This document shows positions 36,680 to 50,400 of a stretch of 64,000 nt of DNA, one piece after another (position 1 is the stretch's first letter; every line of letters starts with the position of its first letter). The position numbers and the translations under genes are program-made. Under the pieces are notes generated by a model. The model was not told the origin of the DNA. It searched no databases and was given only the letters and a program-made list of their open reading frames with translations. The stretch spans positions 31,250,001 through 31,314,000 of the forward strand of contig CM052818.1 of assembly GCA_028534125.1 (NCBI GenBank), given 5' to 3'. This DNA comes from Lama glama. Its lineage: Eukaryota.

Positions 36680-37050
36680 CTTTATTTAAAAAAATTTTTA
36701 CTTTGAATTGATTTCAAGTTTATAAAAAATGTTGCAAAGTACTAAAATGACTTCCAGTAAACTTTACCCACGTTCCCCAAATGTTAACGTCTTATACCTC
36801 CATAGTACAAGTAAATAAAAACAGGAGATTAACACTGATACTTTACTATTAGCTGTTATCTACTGATCAAATTTTATTCAAATATTGCTAATTGTTATAA
36901 TCCATGAACCAGTGTTGATGGTTATTTTCTGGAAAGTCTTTCAGTTTGGTGTGTCTGATGTTTCCTCATGAGTAAACAAAAGTTATGCATACCTGGCGTG
37001 GGTACTTCAGCAGTGATGATGTCCTGCCCTTCTCAGTGAATCATATCAGT
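36680..37050 (-). mobile_element. L1MC-type 3' end fragment
   Basis: ttccccaaatgttaac...caggagattaacactgatac...tgtctgatgtttcctcatga...ccttctcagtgaatcatatcag. Confidence 0.7.
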
Positions 37051-37499
37051 GTCCACTGTATTTTTAATACAAGTTGATGCAAAGTGGATGGGCAACATTC
37101 ACTTCCTATGTACTCACCATGGTTTGGGTTAATGATTATAATGTCTCATAACATTCAAAGGTTATGTTTTGTTTTCTCTTGGTTATCTAACTCTGGGATT
37201 TGATAATGTATACATTGTCTTCTTTTTCTAAGCCCCATAGCTCTTTATGTGAACTTTTCTTAAAGTACTTGCCATTTTTCTAGATTATACTAAGTGTTTT
37301 TGTCCAAATCTTATTTTTTAGATTAGATTATATACTCCTCAAAGGCAGGCTACATGTCTCATTATATTATCCACATTGCTTTGGATATTACTACTCATAC
37401 AAATGCCTGTTAGAGAAATGGTGCCTTCTGTACTATGAAGACTAAGCAGGAAAAAAAAAGACACAAACTAAATGCTAAACAGTATGCTATGTACTTTCT

Positions 37500-37825
37500 C
37501 ATACTATTTTATTTTTATTCAGTACTCACAATAACCCCATGCAGTGGGTATTGAGACTCAGGCTGAGTTATTTGTACAAGGTTACAAAGGTAGTAAGAGA
37601 CAAGGCGATGATTTTAACCTACATCACTCTGATTCTAAAGCCCTGAGGTCAGGGTCGAGAATTTAATAAAGGAGACAGTTCAGAATTTTCTCATTTCAGT
37701 TTGGTAAACTGAAGATCAGAGAGATTAAGTAATTTTTCAGAGAGACTTAGAGTTGGCTTAATAGAAGGACTAAATTTAGAAGCCAGGTTTCCTGCCTCCC
37801 AGCTTTAGTTAGCTCTTTTCATTGC
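37500..37825 (-). mobile_element. Two adjacent MIR fragments
   Basis: ctcacaataaccccatgcagtgggtatt; aaactgaagatcagagagattaagtaattt. Confidence 0.55.
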
Positions 37826-40800
37826 ATGAAAGGACTGGAGTACAGGCCTCAAAACTGTACTTTGGTGTGCTCAAGGACAATTTTTAAAAGTTAAAACCTG
37901 GCAGAATATAATTGGTCTTTACATTATCTTTTTAAAAGTCTCTCAAAATGTTAAGTTTGGCAGCAAAAGCCTTTTAGACAAACTTAAATATCTTAATTTT
38001 ATTACATTGCAAATATAACTGAAATTCTTTCCATTTCTGAAACATATTACAAACAAAACACCAATTAATCAACATTTACCCACAGCAGAAGAAACACACT
38101 GTTCTAATTGAGAATGTGTCCAATGGAAAAGGACTGAGCTATGGTATATTTTCTCCCATGTGTTTCTGAAATGGAAAAGTTTTCCATTACTCTTCTAGGT
38201 ATGATTGTGAATACCTAATTCTATTTGAAAGAATTTGGGGTTCACATGTGAATTTTTAAATGGCTTCTTCACTGACCTGTAATAAAGTGAGAAATAACGT
38301 GGTCCATCACATGCCTAGAGTGAACTAGGTTATCTTTTATTCCAGTGAATGTATATTGCTTGGAATAAATTTGCTACTTAATCTGACTAAACCTCTTTTT
38401 AGTAAAGTATCTTTTATATCCAGCCTGACAGAGGAAACTAAAGGTTTCTAAGTGAGTAGTATGGCCATATAAATGAATATTCTCTTGTGGTTCATTTATC
38501 TCTGTCTATAGTTCTATCTCTCGTGGTGCTACTATCCATCATTCTCATGAAAATCCATCAGTGAGTCTTGGGGCAACATTTCCTTTTCTCTCCAAAGAAA
38601 CAGAAATACTGTGCCAGCTAGAGTTACAGTTCGGCTTGTGGTCTCTCTGACTGGACTCTCAAGGCTCTCTCTAGGCCTCCACTTTTCTTAACCATAAGCA
38701 TATTTACCAAAATACTGGCCACACTGAGGACGTTAGGAAAGGCAGACTTGATAGCAAAATGTATTCAATAAGACTCACTTAGAAACACTAGCTTGCACAT
38801 TTAAACTTACATTCCAGTGTCTTAGAAAACAGTTCAGTCATTCTGAGGCTGGCTCATATACTGCTGCAGCTGCAGCTTGTTAAGAGCTCACTTAGCTGCG
38901 TATGTGTGTTTGTGTGTGTGTGTGCATGTGTGTATCAGGGGTATCCTGCCTTAAGTTCCAACGTCAAAGTCAGTTTTAAAGTCAAAGTAAGCTGTACCTC
39001 CTCTGAGGGGTGTCCTCTGGGAAGACATCATTCTTGAACCTACTAGGTATCTAGAATGGCTTAAAAGTAGTCATAGAATCATACCTAAATAAGAACTAAT
39101 GCTTGAGACTCCCCAGAATTGTCACTGACCTTAGGAATTCATCATTCAATCATATGGAAGCAGAAAGGTTTTAATCTCATAGTTTTTAAAGTTGTTTTTT
39201 AAAACTCACCAGCTCAGTCAGAATTTTACCCGATTGTACAGGTTCCTCAAGAGAAATGTTTGAGTGTTACGATGTCTCTGTATGTCACACAGCACTTAGT
39301 TCAATGCTGTCTCACTACAGACATTCAATACAAATCTGCTGAGTGACAACTGTCACAACTGGCTTAATAAAAGTGTCTTGGCCTTGTTAACAGTCATTTT
39401 CATTAAAATAGCCATAAGAGATTTTAAATTATGTCTTAAAACAGTGACTTTAAACTTATGTGGTTTTAGACCCATGACTTAAATGTTCCAGTCACTTGAG
39501 ACAATCAGTGATGACATCAGAATGGCCAGAAAATTGGGTGCTTGCTTTTCTTATTGGATCTGAATTATAAGCCTAGTTGTATTTAATCTTCAGTCATGTA
39601 GCTGAGAAAAGAGTTGCACGAGCTTCTCATCTAAGAAACACAGAGTGGAATGCCACTTGCTGAACTATTTCAAAGAGCTTAAATGCCACTTGCTGGGGTG
39701 ATGACCTGAGCTACCTTTCATCTTATGAAGCTTGAGAACAGAGTAATTTCAGGACCCTCTGGGAATTATGTTCATTTTGATAAAAACTTCAAATGACTTG
39801 GAAGCTTTTGATCAAATTAATCCCCCATCCTCCATGCCTAAAGAGGAGTAACACACCTCTGCACGCTGGCCGTGGTGGAAGTTGAGGGCACATGACGGAG
39901 GTAGAACTATAACTTCACTGGGTCATTATTAATGGGAAGAGACTCTTAGGGGTATGCTTGAGCTGAAAAGAACTTAACTCTATTCAATTGGCCTACAACA
40001 AGATAAATTTTGAGCATTCATCAAAAGGAATAGATGAACTATTTTTAAGTTTTCTACATTAAATCTTTGTGAGCCACCTCCTAGAACATTTCTAGCTTGA
40101 AAAGTATGTAAAAATGGTGGCACTGATGAATAGAAATGGAGAAGTTGAGAAGAAACTAGGTATTAGGCATATTATATTTGAAGTGATAGACACATATCTA
40201 AATAAAATGTCTCCACTTACTGGAGACACAGGTCAGACCTCAGGAGACAGGTTAGTCAGAAGCATAAATTTGGGAATCATTAGCAAACAGATGATAGTAG
40301 CAGTCCCAGCATGGAGGTTATTCTAAGGCAGAGACTATAATGAGAGAAAAGCTGACAGTAAAGGACAGAACTTTGCGGAACAGTCTTTCCATTGGAGACC
40401 AGGAAAGGAAAGGATGCCAGCAAAGGAGACCTAAAAGGAGAAGACAGTTGTGAGGAAAATCAGCAAGATGTAAAGGTACCCGAACATGTGTGTAAGGGAG
40501 AGTCCAAGACACCCACAGGGGTCTCAGCCCTAAAGCACTGTTGTGTGCATGTCTGTAGTGCAATCATTCTGCTCACTCCTGGGGCTCTGACTGGGAGGGA
40601 GATCCTTAGTTTTGTCAATGCAGCAGGAGCTCCTTGGTTATCCCTTGATTAACTTTCTCTTGTGGGAAATCAGAACTCAACATTTGGAGGGGTAAAAATG
40701 TAAACTTGGTATTTAAATTGGCACTTTCAAAACATAAAAGATAATATAGACGAGCTCATAAGACAAAAGATTTTGCATCCATTTTTCTACCTGGCAATAT

Positions 40801-41815
40801 CTAGATTCATTCTGATTGTTCACTGAAACTGTTACTGAATCTTTCTTTACAGATGGAGATTAAAAGGGATGTACATTTCACTCTAGGAAGTGGGATTTAT
40901 GTTACTGATGAAAACAGCTTTCAGAATTATTTAAAAATTAATGTTGGTAGGTTGAATAGGCTGAAATTGCCTTAAATATCTAAATATTTTAGATACTGAA
41001 ACACTTTTTAAACAGGAAAGCAATTCCTAAGAATAGCAATACACAAAGAAATCTGGAGAAATAAATATACTAAAATAAGACATGCAAATCGGTCTGCTTT
41101 AGAATAAATCTGCATATAGTGTCCTGCAGTGGTAAATTTCACAAAGAGAATTAAAGCCATGAAATTAACATTTTAATGAAGCAAACAGACTACTGACGTC
41201 AAGACTACTCACTGATTGCAGCTTCCAGGTGGCCTAATGAGATGAAAATGAAGTTTATACCTTTAGCTATTCTAGGCTAGGGCTGTTTGGAGATTATGAT
41301 TGAATTTAAATTAGAAAATACTGCTGTGTGCAAACATGTTTAGGCTAGCAAGTAGACTCTGCAAACCTTGGCACCACAAATGCTCAATTTAAAATACTTA
41401 AGGCTTCTTACCCCCATCCTCCCCACGCACACACTCTGGTCTAACTTCTTCTAAGCACTGTCCTCAAACCTGTGGGAAGTGACTGTACTTTGGAAAACAT
41501 TAAAACAGCTTTATCAGAATGATCCATCTTAATTGTGTTACAGGACCATGAAATGTAAAAATGAAAGGGGCTGAGTGGTCACCGAGGGCACCCTCCCACC
41601 CCAGTGTGAACATTTCAAGCACAGGGATACCTTGAGGCAGACTTTTTCATTGCAGGCAGCTCTGATTTGTAGAAATGCTCTCATTATGTGAGGAAATTTG
41701 AGGCTGAAATTGATCCCCTGGGGTCTCCCAGTCTTTAGTTTTAGTTTTGTCCTCTAAAAACAAACAGTATGATACTATTAGCTTTTGTGTGCAACAATTC
41801 TTAGAATATTTAGAG

Positions 41816-42108
41816 CAGGGGTCAGCCAACTACGGGCCATTTCTACCTATGTTTGTACAGTTTGTGAGCTAAGGATGGTTTTTCCATCTTTAAATGATTG
41901 GGAAAAAATTTTGAATGTATTTTAAGGCATGTGAAAGGCATATGAAATTCAAATTTCAGTGTCCATAAATCAGGTTTTACTGGAACACAGACCCTTGTTC
42001 ATTTGCACCACAACAGCAGTTAAGTAGTTGCGAAAGGAACCATATGGCTTGCGAGGCCCAGAATATTTTCTATCTGGCCCTCTCCAAAAGAGTTTGCAAA
42101 ATCTTCTC
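41816..42108 (+). mobile_element. MER58B-like hAT-Charlie DNA transposon
   Basis: 5' terminal inverted repeat (TIR) caggggtcagccaactacgg, internal tatgaaattcaaatttcagtgtccataaat...gttttactggaacacag, and 3' tatctggccct...aagagtttgc. Confidence 0.85.
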
Positions 42109-42419
42109 TTAGTCTTCTCTTCTCTAAGCTGAGAAGTCACAGCTGTAAAGAACACAGGAAAGATTTCCACACTACTGATGCATTTCAGTTTGTCCTTGTC
42201 CCTTGAAGTTTGCTGAGACATGGGAAGGAGCAGAAAGGTCATAATCTGTAGTGCAGAAATGACACACATCTGGGCCAGAAAGTGTCTTAAGGCCCTGACT
42301 AGCGGGAGGGGTGCCTGGACACATACATTTCTGTTTGCCCAGAAATGAGAGGAGAACCGTACTGATGAACATTAATAATTATCATGGCTCCTGATCTATA
42401 CAAAAAGCAACTGCTGCCC

Positions 42420-43520
42420 AATTCCTCCGTAATGTGGAATGCCACTCCCCAAAGATAATCATTTCCAATATTTTGAGCTGTTTATTCTCATGTTTACCTC
42501 CATATAGGTACAAAAAATGCTGACACTGACACTTTCTAATTTTTTTACATTTTCCCTGATAGCTATCAACTTCCTATTATTAAAAATGAGGGTTTTGCAC
42601 TTGTAGCATTTCTCCCCATTCCTCCCTTCCTCCATGGTCCCAATATAGTTCTGCCAGAATCTTGATAAGGTTAATATTTAGTGTTTACATTAAAAACCAA
42701 GGTAGATATTCACAGTGAAGTTGTGTAGTGGCTATTATATTTCTTTCTTGTGCTACAAATCATTTTCCTTGGAGTTGATTAATAATGGCCTCACTTTTCT
42801 CTCTGCTTAATTTTCTAGAGACCTGCCACTAGTTCCTCCCCAAACTCAGCTGGAAGTGCAAATCTCCTTCCTGTACATTCACACACACCAATCTATCAGT
42901 TTCATCTTCTTGGAGACGTTCCTCCTGGAACCCTCCATGCTCCTGCTCTGATCAAAACTACAGTCTTCGAGACTTGCTGTAGCTACTATCCTGGATCTTC
43001 CTTCGTCATCATCCTGGAGATTCCCTTCTTAGGTTGTTTTCCTTGTTTCCAGAATATTCTATCTATAGCTTCTTTGGTTTTCTTCTTTTTTTTTTTTTTG
43101 TTAGAATTCACCCACCAGTAGCACCATAAGAAAGGTGCCTGAGAGGTAAATTTTGAGATCTTGAATGTTTGACAATGCCTAGTCTGTCCTCACACTTGAT
43201 GGAGAATTCAGCTATATTCAGAATTCTCAGAAACCATTTTCCTTCAAAACTTCAAGAACTTTCTCTACTTTTTCTGCCAGGGTTGCTTTGGGCAATGTGA
43301 TGCTATTCTGATTTTTGACCTTTTTATTTCTCTTCTGTAGAAGCTTTTAGGACCGTTGTTTTGTTGCTAGTGTTCTGAAATTCAGTAATGGTTATGATTT
43401 GTGGTAGGTATTTTCATTATCTTGTTTACTTACTGGGCTTCCCCCATCTAGACATTCATGTGTCTTAAAAAATTCTGGGATCATTTCTTGAATAATTTCT
43501 TTGATGATTTATTCTTTGTG
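42420..43520 (-). mobile_element. Ancient L1M/HAL1-like remnant
   Basis: ggtaaattttgagatcttgaatgtttgacaatg...cctcacacttgatg...agaattct...ttttccttcaaaacttcaaga. Confidence 0.45.
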
Positions 43521-46023
43521 CCAAAGACTACAACTTTCAGGAAATGATTTTTTGAGTATTTACTGTGTCAGATACTATTTCTTAAGTATTTTGTTTCTCA
43601 GATGTTTTGCATTATATTTTAGTGCTAAACTTCTTACATATATTTCATTTCACTGAAGCACCACAGTAAGTGTTAAGTAAAGCTTTATTATCATCGTTCA
43701 CCAATGAAATGTCAAATAAATTACCAAAGTCACACAGTTACCTTGTGTAACTAGCTCAGTTCTTTCTTAATTGAAATGCTCTCAGTTCCTATGTTTTACT
43801 TTCTCTGAAAGAAAGTTGTACCGTCTCCATTTCTAGAGGTCTCACCTTTCTCTAAATTTACACGTGATCAACCTCTAAAGACAAGCAATGGGAAATGGGA
43901 GCCGACCTTACACTGAGTTAGGGGGACTGAAAGAACACCACTCGAGCATCACTGTGTTGACACAGCCTCCAGAGTAGACGGCCATGGTGCTTGAACTTTC
44001 CGCCATTAGAATCACTCCTCAATTTCAGAGAATTAAAATAAAAGCTTTCTGTATTGAATGTGCATAATACGTAGAAAGGAAGAAAAAAAACAGGGATTCA
44101 GGAGAAACAACTGATTAGCTCTTAAAGAAATTAGACACAGAACTAATAATTTTGGACAAGTCCAGAGTTGAGAAGAGTCCCCAGTGCATGTGTGTCCAGG
44201 TAGAAGCCTAAGTTGGCCAAAGAGTAGATCTCAGCCCAGGATGGGAGTACACAAAGGGCAGGAGGTGACCTCTGACACCAGCCTCACCTCTTTAGTCATT
44301 TTGCCAAAGGCTGGTTTCATGAAAGAAGTTCTCAAGGTTCTCTTTAACTCTTGGGGATGAAGTACTTTGGACCTAGTTGTCTAGTACAGAATGAATGGAC
44401 TGCACACTCTTCTGAGGAGCATTTTCCAAGCAGCTAGTGAGATCCAGTAGGATTCACCATAGCAACAAGTGTTCATGGTTTCACAAGCTCAGCAGTCCGC
44501 TCTGCTGTGCCATTAACACAGCTGCGAGGGTAGTCTTGCACACACACTTATCAGCCCATTATTTCCTGGTAAAAATACTACAGGTTTTCCATTTGTCTGT
44601 TTCATTAAATCTAACTACTTACTGTAGCCGAGCACTGGAAACCCTTTTGAGACAGAAGCTGGGTGGATAACAATCAACCAGTCCCCCCACCTAACACACT
44701 GTCTCTTTCCCACCATCCACTATATTCACCCTAACAGCCTACTGTTGGAGTTGGCCCCGAATCTGTCTTGTTCCCCACCTAATGCTCCTTCCTTTCTTCT
44801 GCATTTTTGCAGTTTATATTTACATGATATTGAATTATACTATTTACAAAGAAGTTACATGCAACATTTATATCACTTGTTGGTATGTCCCTCTGGCACT
44901 GCATTTTAAAAAAGCAACAACAACAGAAACCTTGCCAAATAACTTAAATGCTGTCATTAAAATGTATTATTTTCTGTATGTGCTAACCCTTGGCTATGAA
45001 GCTTGCACCACTGACCATGATAAATGGGTCTGTGCTAAACTAGTCATACTCATGTGAATACTGGAAAGTATTTGTTAGTGGGAAGTTAACTGACCCACAT
45101 GGGATTAAACCCACAATCTTGGTCTTACTGGTCTTTAACCAAAAGAAATAATATACTGAAGTAAAGTTAGTGTTCTACTTTGGTTCTTTTACCACTTCAA
45201 TAATTGTCTTCAGCTACAGAGCAACTTTAGTGTTGAAAAATCACCCAGAAATACTGTAACAGTTCTTGGCATGTAGTAAAAATATTTGAAAAGTGATAGC
45301 ATACCATATTCGAACTTAGAATCCCTAATTTCAGGCTCTCTCCTGGAAAACTATGCAGACCTATTATCTGAAAACTAAGTATAAATATCACCTTGATATA
45401 AACAAAACTTTCTGACATACTATTTTTAAATGTACCTATTAAGGTCAGCAAAAGCTCAGAGTAGCTGAGTCTTGATGGATGCTGGTTAAGAATGGAACAG
45501 GGAGGATGGGTGGGAATGGCACTACAGACAAGGGCAAATGTTCCAGTTGAGAACGAGCATAATGTGTTCAGAAGGCACTGAGAATCCATCTTTTGCAGAA
45601 TAAAGATAAGGTGGAGGTGCAGATATAGCTCAAGTTAGTGGTGGCACGTAACTGCACTCAATAAATTAGTGATTAGAATGAATGACGGAAAGTTAAGAGA
45701 AGAAAACTTCTGGGTGTACTACAAAAATCAGGAAGAGAGTGGGGCCTAAGAGAAAGACGGGGGGTGTGAAACCAGGCAAGGAGGAAGAAGGTCAGGAGGG
45801 CTTGCTGTACACCAGAAATAATGTATTACAGAGCAGTACCTAGAAAGGAAAGAGACACAAGATGGGAGAAATTCAGTGCTAAGAAATGGGTGTATACCAG
45901 ACAACACAATGAAAAGTAATTCTCTTTAAGTTTCAGGGAATCAAAAGATACATAATAAGCTTCTTATTCACAAAAAGGCTCTGATTAAAACTGATCTTTA
46001 AAGAACATAAAAGAGAGGGGGAA

Positions 46024-47158
46024 TGATCAAAAAGCACATGAAAAAATGTTCAATATCACTAATTATCAGAGAAATGCAAATCAAAACTATAATGAGGTAT
46101 CACCTCACACCAGTCAGAATGGCCGTCATTCAAAAATCCACAAATGACAAATGCTGGAGAGGCTGTGGAGAAAGGGGAACCCTCCTACACTGCTGGTGGG
46201 AATGCAGTTTGGTGCAGCCACTATGGAAAACAGTGTGGATATTCCTCAAAAGACTAGGAATAGACTTACCATATGACCCAGGAATCCCACTCCTGGGCTT
46301 GTATCCAGAAGGAAATCTACTTCAGGATGACACCTGCACCCCAATGTTCATAGCAGCACTATTTACAATAGCCAAAACATGGAAACAGCCTAAATGTCCA
46401 TCAACAGGTGACTGGATAAAGAAGATGTGGTATATTTATNNNNNNNNNNNNNNNNNNNNNNNNNNNNNNNNNNNNNNNNNNNNNNNNNNNNNNNNNNNNN
46501 NNNNNNNNNNNNNNNNNNNNNNNNNNNNNNNNNNNNNNNNNNNNNNNNNNNNNNNNNNNNNNNNNNNNNNNNNNNNNNNNNNNNNNNNNNNNNNNNNNNN
46601 NNNNNNNNNNNNNNNNNNNNNNNNNNNNNNNNNNNNNNNNNNNNNNNNNNNNNNNNNNNNNNNNNNNNNNNNNNNNNNNNNNNNNNNNNNNNNNNNNNNN
46701 NNNNNNNNNNNNNNNNNNNNNNNNNNNNNNNNNNNNNNNNNNNNNNNNNNNNNNNNNNNNNNNNNNNNNNNNNNNNNNNNNNNNNNNNNNNNNNNNNNNN
46801 NNNNNNNNNNNNNNNNNNNNNNNNNNNNNNNNNNNNNNNNNNNNNNNNNNNNNNNNNNNNNNNNNNNNNNNNNNNNNNNNNNNNNNNNNNNNNNNNNNNN
46901 NNNNNNNNNNNNNNNNNNNNNNNNNNNNNNNNNNNNNNNCTGGGATTTCAAAATTGTAGAACAGATAAACAAGATTACACTGTATAGCACAGGGAAATAT
47001 ACACAAAATGTTATGATAAATCACAGAGAAAAAAATGTGACAATGAGTGTGTATATGTCCATGAATGACTGAAAAATTGTGCTGAACACTGGAATTTGAC
47101 ACAACATTGTAAAATGATTATAAATCAATAAAAAATGTAAAAAAAAAACCTAAAAAAA
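46024..47158 (+). mobile_element. Young 5'-truncated LINE-1 with poly(A) tail and 15-bp TSD
   Basis: Uninterrupted ORF2 C-terminus with an intact CCHC knuckle ([18 protein letters not shown]), then AATAAA and an A tail. The TSD is aaaagagagggggaa (46009-46023) / aaaagagaaggggaa (47159-47173). Confidence 0.96.
46440..46939. other. Assembly gap (500 N)
   Basis: Run of N inside the L1 copy. Confidence 1.
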
Positions 47159-50119
47159 AAAAGAGAAGGGGAAAAGGTCAAAGACAAACCAATACAATCT
47201 AAAGGCAATCATTTCTGAAAACTAGCACAATCAAGGTGATAGCCTTTAGGTTCATGATTTATGGGAGAAATATATATATAAAATGCTCATTTTATGCTTG
47301 ATTAAAATATCTGAAGATTACATAACAAGATTCCAGTATGGCATAAACTTGCAAATACCTTGAAAAGTGTCCAAATACTTGTTTTATTGTTTTTTTCCTA
47401 AGGAAGTATTAATTATGTACTGTTTCATTTCAATTAAAATGGAATTCTGGAGGCAAGAGTAGAAAGATGGGAAATTACTATTTTATACATTGTGCTAAGA
47501 AATAAGAGACCTTCCCACATGACAGGTAATCCAGTAGAAATAACTAGCCACTTTGGTATAAACATCTGGGAGCTCTGGTTCTGAAAACACATGTATGGAC
47601 ATCCCCCAACATGTTATTAAAAGAATCTTAGTAAATGAAACAGCAATACAATTTGATGCAAATTAAGAAATCAAGTCAACAGAGGAATTCACAAAACAGC
47701 TCTAATCAGGGATTATCTAACAATCAATTATCTAACAGATACATGATCTAATAGAATAAAACTTTCAGGGGAGAATCTAGATGGAGGGTATATGGGTGTT
47801 CACTGTCAACTTCTTTGAATTGTGTTCTGTTTTGAATTTTTCATAATGAAATGTTGGATAAAAATCAACTAGGTGAATCTGCAGGGTGAATCTGTATTTG
47901 AATACAGAGAAAAACATGTATTATGGCATGAACAAATTTATAAATTTTTTAATTTTTTCATTTATTTTTATTAGAATAACATACATACATAGATTAAAAA
48001 AATCCAATAGCACAATAAGGCTTATACCTACCATATCCCTAAGTTTCCAGGTCCTAAAAACACAAGTGTGAAACTATAAAAACCATTAAAATATAAAACC
48101 TATATTACATTTCTTGTGTGAGTTTTTTTGAAAAATGTGTGTGGGAGGAATAAAATGGAGAGTCATGGAATGACAATTTTAGAATTAGGATTTACATGTT
48201 CTGATGAAACTCGTAGGAAGTTGTCTTCTAAAATGATGTCACAGAAATGTGATGGGAGAGGGAGTGAAAAAAAAATCAGTGAAACGCAGGGAGTCTTGTG
48301 TTGCTTATACCTTAGACAAGAGAAAGAGGACAAAACTCAGCTGATTAAGCACCCAAAACAACTTAATTATTGAGAACTGAAAATTTGTATCATTGTCCAG
48401 TCCACTGATTAAAAGCCCAACCTGAGTGCAACAGGAGAGGACTGGATTGTATCTCCTTGAAGTCTGTTTCAGGAAAAATATTCTATTATTCCCCAACTTG
48501 ACAGATACTAGGATCAATCCCAGATAAAATATTAGGGTGATATGCCATTTTGCTAGATTTTAAAGAATTTTCATACAGAGTTTGCAGACATACTAAGATT
48601 TAAGTAGTATGCTTAAATACTTGATTAGCTGGCCAGGGACACTGTTTTTAAAAAGCAATGTTAAAATCTAATGAAATCATTCTGCCAATATTTAAAATGA
48701 ATGGTTTACCAAACACAGGAAAGGTATTTTGAACATGAGTTTCTTTGGAAAGACAAAATATAATCAATTTGATATTTTACTGAAGTTTCAGTGTATCTCT
48801 TAATAGTGTTGGTATCCTCTTACTAGTTTCTAAGTTTAAGATTTATTCATTTCATTTTTGTCTTAAGTAATTTAGATAACTGGGAACAACATTAGATTTC
48901 TTGGCAGTTAATTTATATGAGCACAAAGAGTTAAAAAAGATCAAAAGGTGAAGCGATGATGGGCAGGCAAGCAGACTGATAATTAGTAACACTAACGGAA
49001 GTCCTGGAGATCGAAAATAGATTTCAGCTTTGTTAAGTTTTCATCTAGTCCAACTTTGTCATACAAAACAAACTTGATTTACTATAAATGTAAAATACAT
49101 CTTAGTTTTCAAATAACAAATGTGATTGACCATATTTGTTCTAAGACTTAGAGACTTAGAACATTACCTTAAAATATTTAATTTGGTTGTATAGAATCAA
49201 AGAAAGGTTAAGTCAGGGCACCATTAAAACAAAAATCGGCATAAACAGGAAATTCTTCTTCCTAATGGAGTCTTAGACTTAGCTCGTCGTTTAGTTTCAT
49301 CTCACAAAAAGTGGATTTTCAAGTGTCGAGAATGATTTTTGAATAATAACAGCTTTGAGATGTATCTACTAAAATCCTGAAGGTAAGATTAGCCACCAGT
49401 GAACGCTGTCATAAATACTATTAGTTTTGAAGGGAAATACAGACTCTATGATCCCAGTGCTAGAATACAGTGGTCAGCTGGATCTGATTTTGAATTATAA
49501 AAGTCCTTCAACTAAGCCTTTATTCTATAGCCATTCAACACTGAGGGCAGGGAATCCAGGAGCTCTTTAATTTAGATTAACTGGGAAGAAGAAGACCTAG
49601 TTTCCAGTTCAGATTTCTTCAAGAATGGCATTTTTGTTGCTTCAAGTATATTTTGTTAAGGGAAACTGCTAGTAGCAGGTTGGCAAATAGTAGTTCCTAC
49701 TGGACCTACTTTAATGAACGGATGACTTTTGTTATCATTGGTAATCAACCCAGTAACTGAATGAATATATATGAATTGATGCTATTAAAAGGTAAGAAAT
49801 GGGTTAAACAATCCTCCAGCAGTTTCATTCACACTGTTCTCTGCTTGGCAACCCCCTTCCACATACATGAAATAATGATATATTTCAGTCCTGTCCTATA
49901 AAATCATTCATTCTGAATTGAGAAAGTCATATTACTAGGGCTTCGCTATACAAAAATATAACTATTAAGCTAGGAAAGAAAACTTTTTCTGTCAGTCAAA
50001 TAGATTATTTAATATTCCTTCCTATTAATGAGTTTGGTTCATTTCTTTGATATTTCATCACTTCTCTTCAAGATGCATGTTGGAAAATGGTAGAGGGCTT
50101 GGACAGGGAAGAGTAGGCA

Positions 50120-50400
50120 GTTCATTCATCCACATTTATAGAGTGCTTGATAGGTGCTAAGCCCTGTGCTGAGAGCTGGGATCACAAAGATGATGTGACA
50201 TTAACAGTGTGGTAGGAGAGATAGGCATGTAAATTAACAAATTACTGTGTTATCGATGTAAAAATGTACGAGATACAGAGACATTCAAAGGAAGGAATGA
50301 ACATGGCGGAGAGGGTGAGTGGGGAAATTTCTAAGAGCAACAGCCAAGCCCCATTTTCAAGGTGTATAGGTATTCACCTCTAGACTAGCTGGGGTATTTA
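50120..50400 (-). mobile_element. L2 3' end fragment
   Basis: ttcattcatccacatttatagagtgcttgataggtgctaagccctgtgctgagagctggga. Confidence 0.7.

Noticed and set aside
45610..45650. tatagctcaag resembling a SINE/tRNA A-box
   Set aside because: No B-box, tail or TSD follows.
46023..47102. Long ORFs of 184-349 aa
   Set aside because: Artefacts of the 500-N gap. The real part is the L1 ORF2 C-terminus.
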